Source: Pecten maximus
Lineage: Eukaryota
Assembly: GCF_902652985.1 (NCBI RefSeq)
Contig: NC_047026.1
Coordinates: 3,906,001-3,970,000, forward strand
Length of the DNA: 64,000 nt
Direction: 5' to 3'
Below are positions 47,160 through 59,505 of the stretch, piece by piece. Numbering within the stretch: position 1 is the first letter of the stretch; every line of letters begins with the position of its first letter. The notes beneath the pieces are model-generated. The model saw only the letters and a list, made by a program, of their open reading frames with translations. It did not search any database and had not been told where the DNA came from. Both the position numbers and the translations under genes were made by a program.

Positions 47160-49740
47160 TTCCAGATGACAGTAAGATCTATGGAAAAATGAGGCAAGTA
47201 AATAGCATCCAAAATGACCTGAAAAAATGTGAGAATGGTCTAGAAAATGGCAGCTGAAATTCAAAACAGAAAAATGCTTAACACTACATTTAGGACAACA
47301 TAATCCAGGCATCAAATACACAATGAGGGCAGAAAACAAGGATAAACTACTACAAAATGTCAGCTTAAATTCAGTGTGCATGTCTGTAAAAAAAAGCCAA
47401 TTATTTAATAGGATGACAGGTTTTATAAGAGGAACCTTCAAAAATTTGAATAAGCAAATGTTTCTGATATTATACAAAGCTCTGATTAGATCACAAGTTG
47501 AGTGTCATTACATGATGGAGTCTAATGTTTTTAAAGCACATACAAGCCATTGATGGAAGTTCAAAAGGCTTGCAACAAAACTAGTGTATGGGCTGTGAGA
47601 AAAATCTTACAAGGAAAGGCTATTATCCCTTGGTTTACCATTCAAATATATAATTTAATAATTTGCATATACAAATTTATCCAGAAAGGTAAAAAGAAAA
47701 TAAATTATCAAAACATCTAGAGAAACCAGAACAAGAGGACACAACAAGAAATTGGAAACAAGAGATCCCAGAGGGATCTTGGCGCCCACCATTGAATGAT
47801 CTTCATAGGTTCCATGTCAGATTGATCTTTTCTCTACTTTTCCCTTCATTTTACTAATCTGTGCAAATTGAGACATCCCTCCAGTACTTTTCAAACAAGG
47901 GAATCCTAGCTATATAAGAAATTTGAGATTTAACGATAATGGGTGTTTGTTTGCCAGGTTGTTTTCAGGACAGACTGGTCCAAAAATGCATACAAGGGAC
48001 CAAGGGGAACCTACTTATGAAATTTGAGAAAGATCCATTCAGTACTTTGAGAAATAGAGATAACAAACTTCAATTGTCAAAATCCAAGATGGCGGTCTGT
48101 CGGCCATATTGTTTTCCAATTGATCTCAAAATGCAATAAGCATAACGAGGCACCAAGGGGAACCTCCATATGAAATTTGAGAAAGATCCCTTCAGTACTT
48201 TCTCAGAAATAGCGATAACAAATTTCAATTGTCAAAATCCAAGATGGCTGCCTGTCGGCCATGTTATTTTCAGATTGGTCTCAAAATGCAATATGCATAA
48301 CTAGGCACCAAGGGAAACCTACTTATGAAATTTCAGAAAGATCCATTCAGTACATTCTCAGAAATAGCGATAACAAACTTCAATTGTCAAAATCCAAGAT
48401 GGCTGCCTGTCGGTCATGTTGTTTTCGGATTGGTCTCAAAACGCAATATGCATAACTAGGCACCAAGGGAAACCTACTTATGAAATTTCAGAAAGATCCA
48501 TTCAGTACTTTCTCAGAAATAGTGATAACAAACTTCAATTGTCAAAATCCAAGATGGCTGCCTGTCGACCATGTTGTTTTCCGATTGGTCTCAAAACGCA
48601 ATATGCATAACTAGGCACCAAGGGAAACCTACTTATGAAATTTCAGAAAGATCCATTCAGTACTTTCTCAGAAATAGTGATAACAAACTTCAATTGTCAA
48701 AATCCAAGATGGCTGCCTGTCGACCATGTTGTTTTCCGATTGGTCTCAAATCGCAATATGCATAACTAGGCACCAAGGGGAACCTTCATATGAAATTTGA
48801 GAAAGATCCCTTCAGTACTTTCTCAGAAATAGCGATAACAAACTTCAATTGTCAAAATCCAAGATGGCTGCCTGTCGGCCATGTTGTTTTCGGATTGGTC
48901 TCAAAACGCAATATGCATAACTAGGCACCAAGGGGAACCTTCATATGAAATTTGAGAAAGATCCCTTCAGTACTTTCTCAGAAATAGCGATAACAAACTT
49001 CAATTGTCAAAATCCAAGATGGCTGCCTGTCGGCCATGTTGTTTTCTGATTGGTCTCAAAACGCAATATGCATAACTAGGCACCAAGGGGAACCTTCATA
49101 TGAAATTTGAGAAAGATCCCTTCAGTACTTTCTCAGAAATAGCGATAACAAACTTCAATTGTCAAAATCCAAGATGGCTGCCTGTCGGCCATGTTGTTTT
49201 CCGATTGGTCTCAAAACGCAATATGCATAACTAGGCACCAAGGGGAACCTTCATATGAAATTTGAGAAAGATCCCTTCAGTACTTTCTCAGAAATAGCGA
49301 TAACAAACTTTAATTGTCAAATTCCAAGATGGCTGCCTGTCGGCCATGTTGTTTTCCGATTGGTCTCAAAACGCAATATGCATAACAAGGCACCAAGGGG
49401 AACCTACATATGAAATTTGAGAAAGATCCCTTCAGTACTTTCTGAGAAATAGCGATAACAAGAATTGTTTACGGACGGACGGAGGGACGACGGACCACGG
49501 ACGCAGGGCGATTTGAATAGCCCACCATCTGATGATGGTGGGCTAAAAACAACAGGCAAGGATATTAAAACATCAGGAAGCATTTCTTTGGAGTTCAGGT
49601 TACAGATAACTGCAATAGCTATAGCTTGCCAGAAAGTGTGAATGCAGGCACATTCTATGGTTTTAAATCTGCTTTGAACTGCCATTGGAAAACTCTTGGC
49701 GGGAAGTTCAACCCAAGTTTCGGAACTGTATAAACATTTA
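47160..49740 (+). mobile_element. Degenerate CR1-clade LINE ORF2 fragment split by a Helentron-type insertion
   Basis: WSRKWQLKFKTEKC, LYKALIRSQVE, RTRGHNKKLE before 47757 and KQQAR..IRKHFFG after 49547. Confidence 0.75.
47757..49547 (+). mobile_element. Near-intact Helentron-associated (HINE / pearl-like) non-autonomous element carrying ~9.5 x 155-bp tandem repeats
   Basis: 5' palindrome AAGAGATCCC-AGA-GGGATCTT, short subterminal IR CGCCC/GGGCG, (GGAC)n microsatellite, 3' hairpin TAGCCCACCATC-TGAT-GATGGTGGGCTA; CCAAGATGGC recurs every 155 bp from 48084 to 49324; inserted in an A-run, no clear TSD. Confidence 0.85.
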
Positions 49741-50215
49741 CGTATGTATAGTGTTAATATTTTGAAGACAATTATATTACGCACTAAGAATACATATAGG
49801 GCATAAAATTAATATGTTTAACAAGCTTTCATGAAAAGAAATAAAGGATTCTAAGGGATTGTGGAGAAACAAAATCAAGGCGGTCCAGAAGCCTAAAGCT
49901 TATTAAAGACCAATGACTGATATACTGATAAGACATTGTCTAAGCAAGGGACTGTTGCTTCCTGAACCAAATGTTACCCATGGTTGAAGGCGGAGATAGA
50001 ACCCCCACCCCGATGTTCTGAAGCTATCAGCATGTTCTGAAGTTATAAGGAGCACTGTCAGATGTAAACACTTGAAATTTGAGTACTAAATGATAATACA
50101 CAATGTATATTGAAACATTCCCTTAAATTATTATATAGTATTAAAGCTTAGGTCAGTTGTGATCTGGCGAGAGGACAAGCCAACAGAACACCGACTATAG
50201 TCGTTGAAAAAAACA

Positions 50216-50377
50216 TGTATGTATAGCAATTGATGGAGTCAAAGTATGTATAGCAATTGATGGAGTCAAAGTATGTATAGCAATTGATGGAGTCAAAGTA
50301 TGTATAGCAATTGATGGAGTCAAAGTATGTATAGCAATTGATGGAGTCAAAGCATGTATAGCAATCGATGGAGTCAA
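50216..50377. repeat. 27-bp minisatellite (GTATGTATAGCAATTGATGGAGTCAAA) x6
   Basis: Near-perfect tandem units. Confidence 0.92.
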
Positions 50378-51754
50378 ATAAATAACTAAGTGGTTACTGG
50401 TATTTTGGTACCAATCTTATCCAATAGAGAGTTACTTCCCTTCTTTTCACTCTGTCAGATGATATACAGTGATAGCTTTGATTCTACTGACTGAGCTGAT
50501 GAGAAAGTGTCCATGGCAGGTTGTTGGATGACAGACATTGTTTTGACAAGTTATGTAACTTGTGTATATTGCATCAGTTCATGCTTTGGGTTTTGGGAAA
50601 TGTCATCATGGCAGAGACATATATAGATGGTGTTTAAACTGTTAGTGTTACAGGAATAGATCTGTTACAACAACAACTTCAGTCTGTAACATATTTAATA
50701 AACAAACAAAAATAACATATGAGCACCTGTTACTATTAGATTAAGTGGAAGAGTCTGGACAGGATCATAGCACCTGGAATCCTATCCAGAAATAATTATT
50801 ATACTGTATTACTATGAAAAAGGTGAGAGAACCAACACTCCTAATGTATCAAAGTGCGGCACTGCTCCTGAATGGATACCAGATGGTATTCAGTAGAGGT
50901 CCTTACCATGTGGTGAACATATTATGTAGAAATAAAGGATCCTCAACATCCATAGCAGTTGTGTTCTTTTATTGTGGTGCATACATCGTCTACATGTTTC
51001 GACCGCTATGCGGCCGTCATCAGGACAATTTTACATATAAAAATATGGTTATAAGGTAGGCTTTTGCGCAACTTAAAAAAACAGCAGAAATATAAATATT
51101 ATCATATATATATTAATTTAGTTAACAATTCATTGATAATGCTCGTGTGAATAGTCAAATCCCTGTGGTAAAAGGCATTGAATGACGGGAATAAGACGTT
51201 CTCTCAGTAAATAGTGTCATTTTACTACTAAAAATAGCAGCACTCGTATAAAAAATATAGGCTATCAATGCTACTATTTTAGTCTACACGAAATAGATCC
51301 ACTAGGCCTAGTCTCCGTGATAACCATTGAACGTCGGCATTTTGTTTCAGATCTGAAGCAATTTATAACATTTGAAAACTCATGATTATTTCGATTTGTC
51401 ACATTCAATTACCCAACTACAGTCCATGAGTTATACAACCAGAACGCCTGTCTCATACACCTTGGCCTACCGTAGTCAAGTCATGTTGACGGTCGGTTCG
51501 AACTTCAAGCTTCTACGCGACAACACCTTACCTGTAACAGATTACCGTAAAGACGAGAAATATGGAAACATTACTGTCGAGAATATTTAAACGAATATTT
51601 ACCTGTACAAAACTCTGTTATTGTCGTCAAGCAATCAGAAGTTAAGCTGTTAGACCAATGTATAATGAATTAATTTAACATAATAGTGGGTGGCTGACTC
51701 CGCCGCCACTTTGCTAGCGTGTTACAAACACTCCAGAGACGTCGATGCAGAATA

Positions 51755-51773
51755 TTGCCATTAGGTGGCAGCA
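51755..51773 (+). promoter_or_regulatory. Candidate CTCF site
   Basis: TTGCCATTAGGTGGCAGCA closely matches the CTCF core CCASYAGRKGGCRS. Confidence 0.5.
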
Positions 51774-52287
51774 CTTGTTTCATTAATAAAAAAAGAAGTG
51801 GGGACGGAGTGAAACTATGAATTTCCATATTCAGAAAAATGATTTGTTGTTATTCTTTCAGTCATGACGTTCTGGCTTCTGTATAAACAACAGTTTTTAC
51901 AAATCATCATTTTTACCAAATAACTTAATAACAAATACTGTACTGAACTTATAGATATCTGATTTTACATATAATTTATTAGATAAAATGTCCCTGTAAT
52001 TAACAATTTTATTAACTAAAAGGTTTTCTAGATTTTTAATACAGCAAGTACAGTGTGAGTTATTATTTTTATGCACTTTTGCAAATAAGAATAATTCCAT
52101 AACTTAAAGGAAATTCCTCAATTAAGAATAATTCCTTAATTAAAAAAAACACACAAAAAAAAACAAAAAAACATAGGAAAGCATTTTAAGATTTAAGGTG
52201 GGAATCTATGGAACTTTAAATTCTGTAATGCTTTCCTTTGGATAATAGATTTCCTTAAGTTACGGATACTGACGAACTGGAGCCCAG

Positions 52288-52441
52288 TGTAAAAGTGGAG
52301 AGTACAAGGTATACTCTTTACCAGCTCGATTTATTTTCTTCTAGCCTTGTGGGATAACATGCCGCAAAAGAGTGTTCGGATTCGCCTGTTTGAGCCCCAC
52401 TGGTATGTTTCACGGGCGGGATGATTTTTCACCTTCCTACA
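52288..52441 (+). mobile_element. Degenerate tRNA-LTR (TRIM LTR relic)
   Basis: TGTAAAAG..CCTACA followed by AATTTGG (PBS-like); A-box-like TAGCCTTGTGG, AGTGTTCGGA shared with the 24479 LTR, B-box-like GTTTGAGCC. Confidence 0.4.
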
Positions 52442-52939
52442 AATTTGGTTGTTTGAAAAAAAGTCAAATGTTTTCAGTTTTTAGTAATGCTTATATAGAA
52501 CTGTACAATACATACATCACCGAAGTCACCCAAGACTTAGAGTGATGTCATCCAGTGATTCAATATAGCTTTTCGTCTAACATAACTGGTCAGTAATGTA
52601 TCATGGGGGCCAAAATGAAGACAGGAAACTCAAAGGAGCCTAAACACTACAAGATATTTAAAATATAAAAGAGTAGGTGCATTAACCCTATGATTTAATC
52701 AATTAAATAAGTTTTTGAAATTGGATTTAAATTTCAAGAAATAATTAATTATTCTGCGTCGTCCCGAAAATGTCTCACGTTTCTACTTAAAATATTATAT
52801 TTTCCTATCTGATGTTCAAAACGTCACAACCCGGCATTTTCTCTTTGGCGTTTCAAATGCAAACAAACAAAAAAATGTATTGATAATTATATTTTATGAT
52901 ACGACATATAAACTTTCATATCTATCTGTTGCAAATATG

Positions 52940-54930
52940 GCATCTTCCCTCTTTCACCGAAATGTCACATTTACTTCTTTCACGTTGAAGATCTCGCATT
53001 TCTCTCTTGCACGTTGAAAATGTCATATTTGTGTCTTTCACGTTGAAAATTTTGTCATATTTCCGTCTTTCATGTTGAAAATGTCATATTTCAATCTTTC
53101 ACGTTGAAAATGTCATATTTGCGTCTAATGTCATATTTCGGTCTTTCACGTTGAAAATGTCATAGTTGTGTCTTTCACATCGAAAATGCCATATTTCCGT
53201 CTTGCACGTTGAAAATGTCATATTTGCATAATGTCCTATTTCCGTCTTTCACGTGGAAAATGTCATATTTGTGTCTTTCACATCGAAAATGCCATATTTC
53301 CGTCTTGCACGTTGAAAATACATGTCATATTTGCATAATGTCCTATTTCCGTCTTTCACGTGGAAAATGTCATATTTGTGTCTTTCACATCGAAAATGCC
53401 ATATTTCCGTCTTGCACGTTGAAAATACATGTCATATTTGCATAATGTCCTATTTCCGTCTTTCACGTGGAAAATGTCATATTTGTGTCTTTCAAGTGGA
53501 AAATATCATATTTCGGTCTTTCACGTTGAAAATGTCATATTTCCGTCTTGCACGTTGAAAATGTCATATTTGCATAATGTCATATTTGCATAATGTCGTA
53601 TTTCCGTCTTTCACGTGGAAAATGTCATATTTGTGTCTTTCACGCGGAAAATGTCATATGTACGTCTTTCACGTTGAAAATGTCGTATTTTCGTCTTTCA
53701 CGTGGAAAATGTCATATTTGTGTCTTTCAAGTGGAAAATATCATATATACGTCTTTTACGTTGAAAATGTCGTATTTCCGTCTTTCACGTTGAAAATGTC
53801 ATATTTCCGTCTTTCACGTTGAAAATGTCGTATTTCCGTCTTTCACGTTGAAAATGTCGTATTTCCGTCTTTCACGTTGAAAATGTCGTATTTCCATCTT
53901 TCACGTGGAAAATGTCATATTTGTGTCTTTCAAGTGGAAAATATCATATGTACGTCTTTTACGTTGAAAATGTCGTATTTCCGTCTTTCACGTTGAAAAT
54001 GTCATATTTCCGTCTTTCACATCGAAAATGCCACATTTCCGTCTTTCACGTTGAAAATGTCATATTTGTGTCTTTCAAGTGGAAAATATCATATGTACGT
54101 CTTTTACGTTGAAAATGTCGTATTTCCGTCTTTCACGTTGAAAATGTCATATTTCCGTCTTTCACATCGAAAATGCCACATTTCCATCTTTCACGTGGAA
54201 AATGTCATATTTGTGTCTTTCAAGTGGAAAATATCATATGTACGTCTTTTACTTTGAAAATGTCGTATTTCCGTCTTTCACGTTGAAAATGTCATATTTC
54301 CGTCTTTCACATCGAAAATGCCATATTTCCGTCTTCCACGTTGAAAATGTCGTATTTCCGTCTTTCACGTTGAAAATGTCCTATTTCCGTCTTGCACGTC
54401 GAAATGTCATATTTGCATAATGTCCTATTTCCGTCTTTCACGTGGAAATGTCATATTTGTGTCTTTCATGTTGAAAATGTCATAATTTTCGCTCCGATGT
54501 ATGTGTTTCTCGGAAAGCCGAGAAACAGGCCCTTCTGTACTGCCGTGGTGGTATCCTTGGGCAAGACGCTTGTCCCTCATTGCTCCAGGCCAGCATGCTC
54601 CAGCATGCAACAGGCCTCCTGCATGAACTTCAGTGAGGTAGTCACCAACTACTACAAGGATGCCCTACCTCGAAATGACCCTGGCTGTTCATGGGGTTAT
54701 AAACCCAACAATCAAAATTTTTCTGATATAGAAAATGTCATACCCATACCCGAGTATTTCGATCCTTCATGTTGAAAATTTCATATTTCCCTCTATGATG
54801 CTGATAATGTCATATTTCTGTTTTACATAAAAACATTTTCATATTTCATATTGAAAGTGTCATATTTTCCTCTTTCATGATTTTGCAAATGTCACATTTT
54901 CAAATTAACAGTGTCATATTTTCTCTTTCT
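52940..54930. repeat. 29-bp satellite (TTTCCGTCTTTCACGTTGAAAATGTCATA) with 113-bp and 145-bp higher-order periods; interrupted at ~54495-54715 by a SINE
   Basis: Tandem units; ORF track repeats at offsets of 113 (53209/53322) and 145 (53912/54057/54202). Confidence 0.92.
54495..54715 (+). mobile_element. CORE-SINE fragment
   Basis: GTATCCTTGGGCAAGACGCTT (CORE motif), tail AAATGACCCTGGCTGTT..TAAAC. Confidence 0.65.
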
Positions 54931-54961
54931 ACAGTTGATAATAATACAGTTATGTACTCAA

Positions 54962-55185
54962 TTTGGTTTGGTTTGGTTTATTTTGTTTAATGTCCTATTA
55001 ACAGCTAAGGTGATTTAAGGACGGCCTCCCGTGTGTGGTGAGTGGGTATGTGTGTTTTGAGAGGCTGCGGTACGTTCGTGTTAAGTCTCCTTGTGATAGG
55101 CCGGAATTTTTGCTGATTTAGTGCTACCTCACTGAAGCATACTGCCGAAGACACCCAGCAGGACATCCCACCCGGTCACATTAAC
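54962..55185 (-). mobile_element. Meta-SINE 3' fragment
   Basis: Minus strand AATGTGACCGGGTGGGA..TTCGGCAGTATGCTTCAGTGAGGTAGCACT (Meta-like core); tail shared with the V-SINEs. Confidence 0.65.
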
Positions 55186-55479
55186 AGAAATCAGAACGGA
55201 AGTTCCTCCATGTACAAAATAGAAATACAAATTGTACGACACAATTTTTTCAGTCAAACATTTTAATATCATGATTTCAATTAACACAATTATATATAAC
55301 AAGTCTCCTTCTGGAGAACATTTAAGGCGTGAGTATTCTGGAAGCATTTATATGACTAGAGGAGATTGCAATCTCAGGAGAGACAAGATTAAATGGATTT
55401 CATTTTAAAATAAATACATGTATATATTTATATAAAGTAAATAATAAAAGTGCTTGCAAATAATAAAATGGCAAAAAAT

Positions 55480-55517
<38 letters not shown>
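55480..55517. repeat. Poly-G tract (~38 nt)
   Basis: Uninterrupted G run. Confidence 0.9.
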
Positions 55518-55623
55518 GGAGGTCATACAATTAATTGCAAATTCTCAGTTTAATTACAAGTTACAAATTGAACCAGGCCCAAATATCATACAATTTCTTT
55601 TCTTCACTCTACCAATGTCTTAA

Positions 55624-55706
55624 CCCATTCACCCCTGTAGTGACATAATGAACTATTCCAATGTTTGAATTGGAAGAGTTCAAATGTGTCTTTAGGGGTG
55701 AATGTC
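55624..55706. mobile_element. Short piggyBac-type MITE
   Basis: TTAA-CCCATTCACCCCT ... AGGGGTGAATGT-CTAA. Confidence 0.55.
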
Positions 55707-56237
55707 TAAACTAAGATATTCCTCAATTTCATATTTCCAAATATTCTAGAATTTGAATTTTTAGCAAACAAAAGGATTATTGAAATGGGATTTGATTTTT
55801 ATAACAAACATTTAAATAAGTCAAAGGAAAGTTTGAAGAAATATTTATAATTCTTCAAATACCTGGTAAATATGATTTATATGAGATTAAGAGAAAAAAA
55901 ATAAATTTGTGAATTCAGGGCTGAAGGTATCTTATAAAAAGAATGTCTTTATCAATAAATTGATACAATAAAAGGAAAAACAGAATATATTATAATTTCA
56001 ATAAAAGGAAAAACAGAATATATTATAATTGGTATCCATTCCTTTAAGTCTTCTTAATGAATATAATGAATAGATGCACTTAAAACTCAGATTTTTTTTG
56101 ATTATTTTTCCAACTGAGAAATTCCTCTATATACCCTGGTATATATCTTTTAAAACAAAAGATCTAACAAGTTGACTGATATGACGGACACATAACAACA
56201 GTTTCGACTTGTAGCATCATTACACAATCATTATATG

Positions 56238-56440
56238 GTGGTCGGGTGGCACGGTGCTAATTCACTTGTCTTTCACCTACGTGGTCGGGGTCCGATTCCG
56301 CGACCGGAAGTGAAAAGTTATAGGGCCATATGTTTTTTTTCTCGGATACTCCAGTTTCCTACCACAGTAAGACTCCTCCCGTGCTTCAATCCGGTCCATC
56401 AAAAGTGATTTAATTTAAATTGCTACAACTAGTTTCACAA
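56238..56440 (+). mobile_element. tRNA-headed V-SINE, second family (head fragment also at ~23368-23450)
   Basis: GGTCGGGTGGCACGGTG head, GGTCCGATTCC B box, TTTCTCGGATACTCCAGTTTCCTACCAC V core. Confidence 0.65.
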
Positions 56441-57264
56441 TTATTGTAAAACAAATAAAGTTTAAAATCATAATTAGGCTTAAGCAGTGCCCATACAGCA
56501 CAAAACCACTTTCAGAATACAAAATAATAATAATGTGCAAACTTATAAAATATTAATGTTCTTATCATTTGAAAATTCTGTTATTATGATAAAAATATTC
56601 TCCTTTACATTTAGAACTGAAACACTGTCAAAAGGATATTTTGTTGTTATTACGAAAAAAGATTCTTTAAAAATCATCTTGGCTCAAATGCCAATCAATA
56701 TATTTTGTGAATACAGTAATTAAGTTTTTCATATTTGCGAAGTTGATTGCCCAATGGGTAAAAATCAAATCAATAACATAAACAATATTGCAGAAAAATA
56801 AAATTGTTGAATCTGTTTTCAAAAACTGAAAAACAAAATAAGTAACAATTGCTATTAAAAAACAAATTTAAGAAAAAATAAAAAATAGGGGGGGGGGATA
56901 TTGCCCTTCTTAAAATTTAAAATTAATAAATACAATTGCACAGCAAACTGTATTATGGCAGCATATGTGAAAAATAGAACCAATGTGCCCATATACAAGG
57001 CAGCATATACAGAACAAGCAGGATTTACCCATAACACACCAGACAGCACACAATGATCGTATACAAAATCAATCAAAATATCTCATCCATTTTAGTCACC
57101 AGGTCTAGAAAAATCATTTTATTAGGAATCACCCGGAGGCCAAAACTGGAATATCGAGTCATATTTATAGCCAGGTCTAGACTCAAGTACCACCTGGTGG
57201 TTTGACAATATTTTTCATTTTTATACCAGGTCTAGGTCCAAAACTGGAATCTTGAGCCATAACA

Positions 57265-57660
57265 GTATACTGTAAATATATATTTTAGCAGTAATCTTTA
57301 ATTTAACGTCTTTAGCGCTAGAAGCATTCACTAAAATACTGGAAACTCGAGTCACACCTGTATACTGTAAATATATATTTTAGCAGTAATCTTTAATTTA
57401 ACGTCTTTAGCGCTAGAAGCAATCACTAAAATACTGGAAACTTGAGTCACACCAGTATACTGTAAATATATATATTAGCAGTAATCTTTAATTTAGAATT
57501 TTTAGCACTAGAAGCATTCACTAAAATATCATTGCGGATAATTGTAGTTTATCTACATTGGTTTCTATGGCAATTGTTAGTGCGCTAATTCACCATTCCG
57601 CTAATCTTGATTTTACACTAAAATTTGAGTGCGTCAAATTAAGTACATCTTCTGCAGTAT
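57265..57660. repeat. 95-bp tandem triplication of the left end of a TA-flanked MITE (TACTG..CAGTA)
   Basis: GTATACTGTAAATATATA..TAGCAGTAATCTTTAATTTA repeated at ~57265, 57360, 57455; right end CTGCAGTATA ~57660. Confidence 0.65.
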
Positions 57661-59505
57661 ATAACCAGGTCCAGATTTAATGTACCAACTAGTGGCTTGA
57701 TGCTATATCCTCCTCAACCAGGTGATCCAGACATCTAGACCTGGTGGCTGGAATATTGAGTTTCGTTTTATTACAAAGTCTAATTCTGTGGCTCACCTGG
57801 CGTATCCTGTCTTTTTAACTTTGAACCAATATAGCTGAACTAACAACAATTCACTTTTTGAGCTTTAACTAACCTGACTGGATTAGTGAAATTCCATCTG
57901 CCTGTATGGCAAGCCATGATGTCATTTATTCATAGAGTAATGTTTATCCAGTACTAAATTATATAGGATATCTTATATATGAAGGACAACTTGGCTTGCC
58001 ATAAGCCTGATACGTGTAAAACTCAAAAACAGTTTCAGGCCTTGGCTGAATGTGCTATACCCTCTTAAAGATCTTGTTCTTTTAACCAATAACAATGTTT
58101 TTATTTTACAGGGGTAACCAGCTATTTCCTTTCCACCAATACTAATTTATTTTACAGGGGTAACCAGCTATTTCCTTTCCACCAATACTAATGTATCTTA
58201 ATAGAAACAAGTAATCAGGTATTTTCTGATCCGTTTTTAAATGAGTTCTACTGCATTTGAAAATTTTTTGCCTTACAGACATATGATAACGAAATTACAC
58301 TTTAAGTCTTACACTTATACAACATTACACTCACAAAAATAGCATTACACTCGCACAGCATTACACTTGCATAGCATTACACTCGTATAGACTTATAAAT
58401 GATGATCATTAAAATCAGTGACCGACTGGAAGACAGAACAGATTAAACAAACAATAAATACAGAGAAGTTGGAAGGGCAGTGTCTGAAACCAACAGAAAC
58501 AAAGCAGGTCCGGATCCCCAAGACTAGAATCATTTATACACAGATTGTATTTTACCACTGTTTATACCAAATTCTCTTCTCATTCTCCTCTCTCAATGAA
58601 TTTTGAGACAATTTTCAGTCACAGAAAACATCAACAAATTCTCTTCTCATTCTCCTTTCTCAATGAATTTTGAGACAATTTTCAGTCACAGAAAACATCA
58701 ACAAATAATACTGTAAAAATGGCAACAAATTCTGTTGTTATAACCACTCATAAATACTCAAAAATAATATATGCACTTATTCAAACGTTAATAATTTACC
58801 ATGTGTACCTCATTTAAGAAAATGTAAATCGCTCAAGGTACAAAATTTTCTACCATATTGTCAGCACTGTTCAATAAGTATTTTTCTCTTGGACTATATG
58901 TACATTCATATGTATCATATCATTACATGATAAAGTAACGGAATTTTTAAAAACATTTTGTATTTTAAATATTGACAGAATGTTTTTTTTAATTTTGTTG
59001 CTTGGTTTTGTAACTTCATCAAAAGGGAAATATATAGCAACTTGACATTATTGATAATTCTACTAAATGTCTTAAGGATACATGCTACCTTACTACAGCA
59101 TGGATTTTCCTTCCAAAAGATTTCGAAGAAAAAACCTGATGAATCTTTTTAAGTTTGCAATATTTCTCTAGTTCTGAATTATTCATCAAATCAAAGCTAA
59201 ACTAAAACATTTCAAGGGAGGTAATTCTTACACAAGTTACAGGTAAATGAAAAAGGTAGTATATAGCCTTAACATGAAAAAAAAAAAAAATACAAAAAAC
59301 TGAAGTATTTTGGCACCATGCATGTACATTCAATGTGCTAGGTTGTAAATATTGAAAGGCTTGTGTATTTAGCTCATGATTAGAGCAGGTCAAAGCTCGC
59401 TTCTCACGATCAGTCATCACATTTCAACTTTAGAGCTGTAGCACAATTTGGATTGTGCAGGATATCCTTCTGAACACAAAGGGTTTACTCCTTTCATCTC
59501 TTCTA

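Noticed and set aside
47939-49460. CRISPR-like array or repeated small genes (64-aa ORFs)
   Set aside because: Contiguous 155-bp units with no unique spacers, inside a eukaryotic transposon
53209-54775. Multiple Cys/His-rich ORFs
   Set aside because: Artefacts of the 29-bp satellite and a SINE
55480-55517. Functional G-quadruplex element
   Set aside because: Plain homopolymer of uncertain assembled length, with no supporting context
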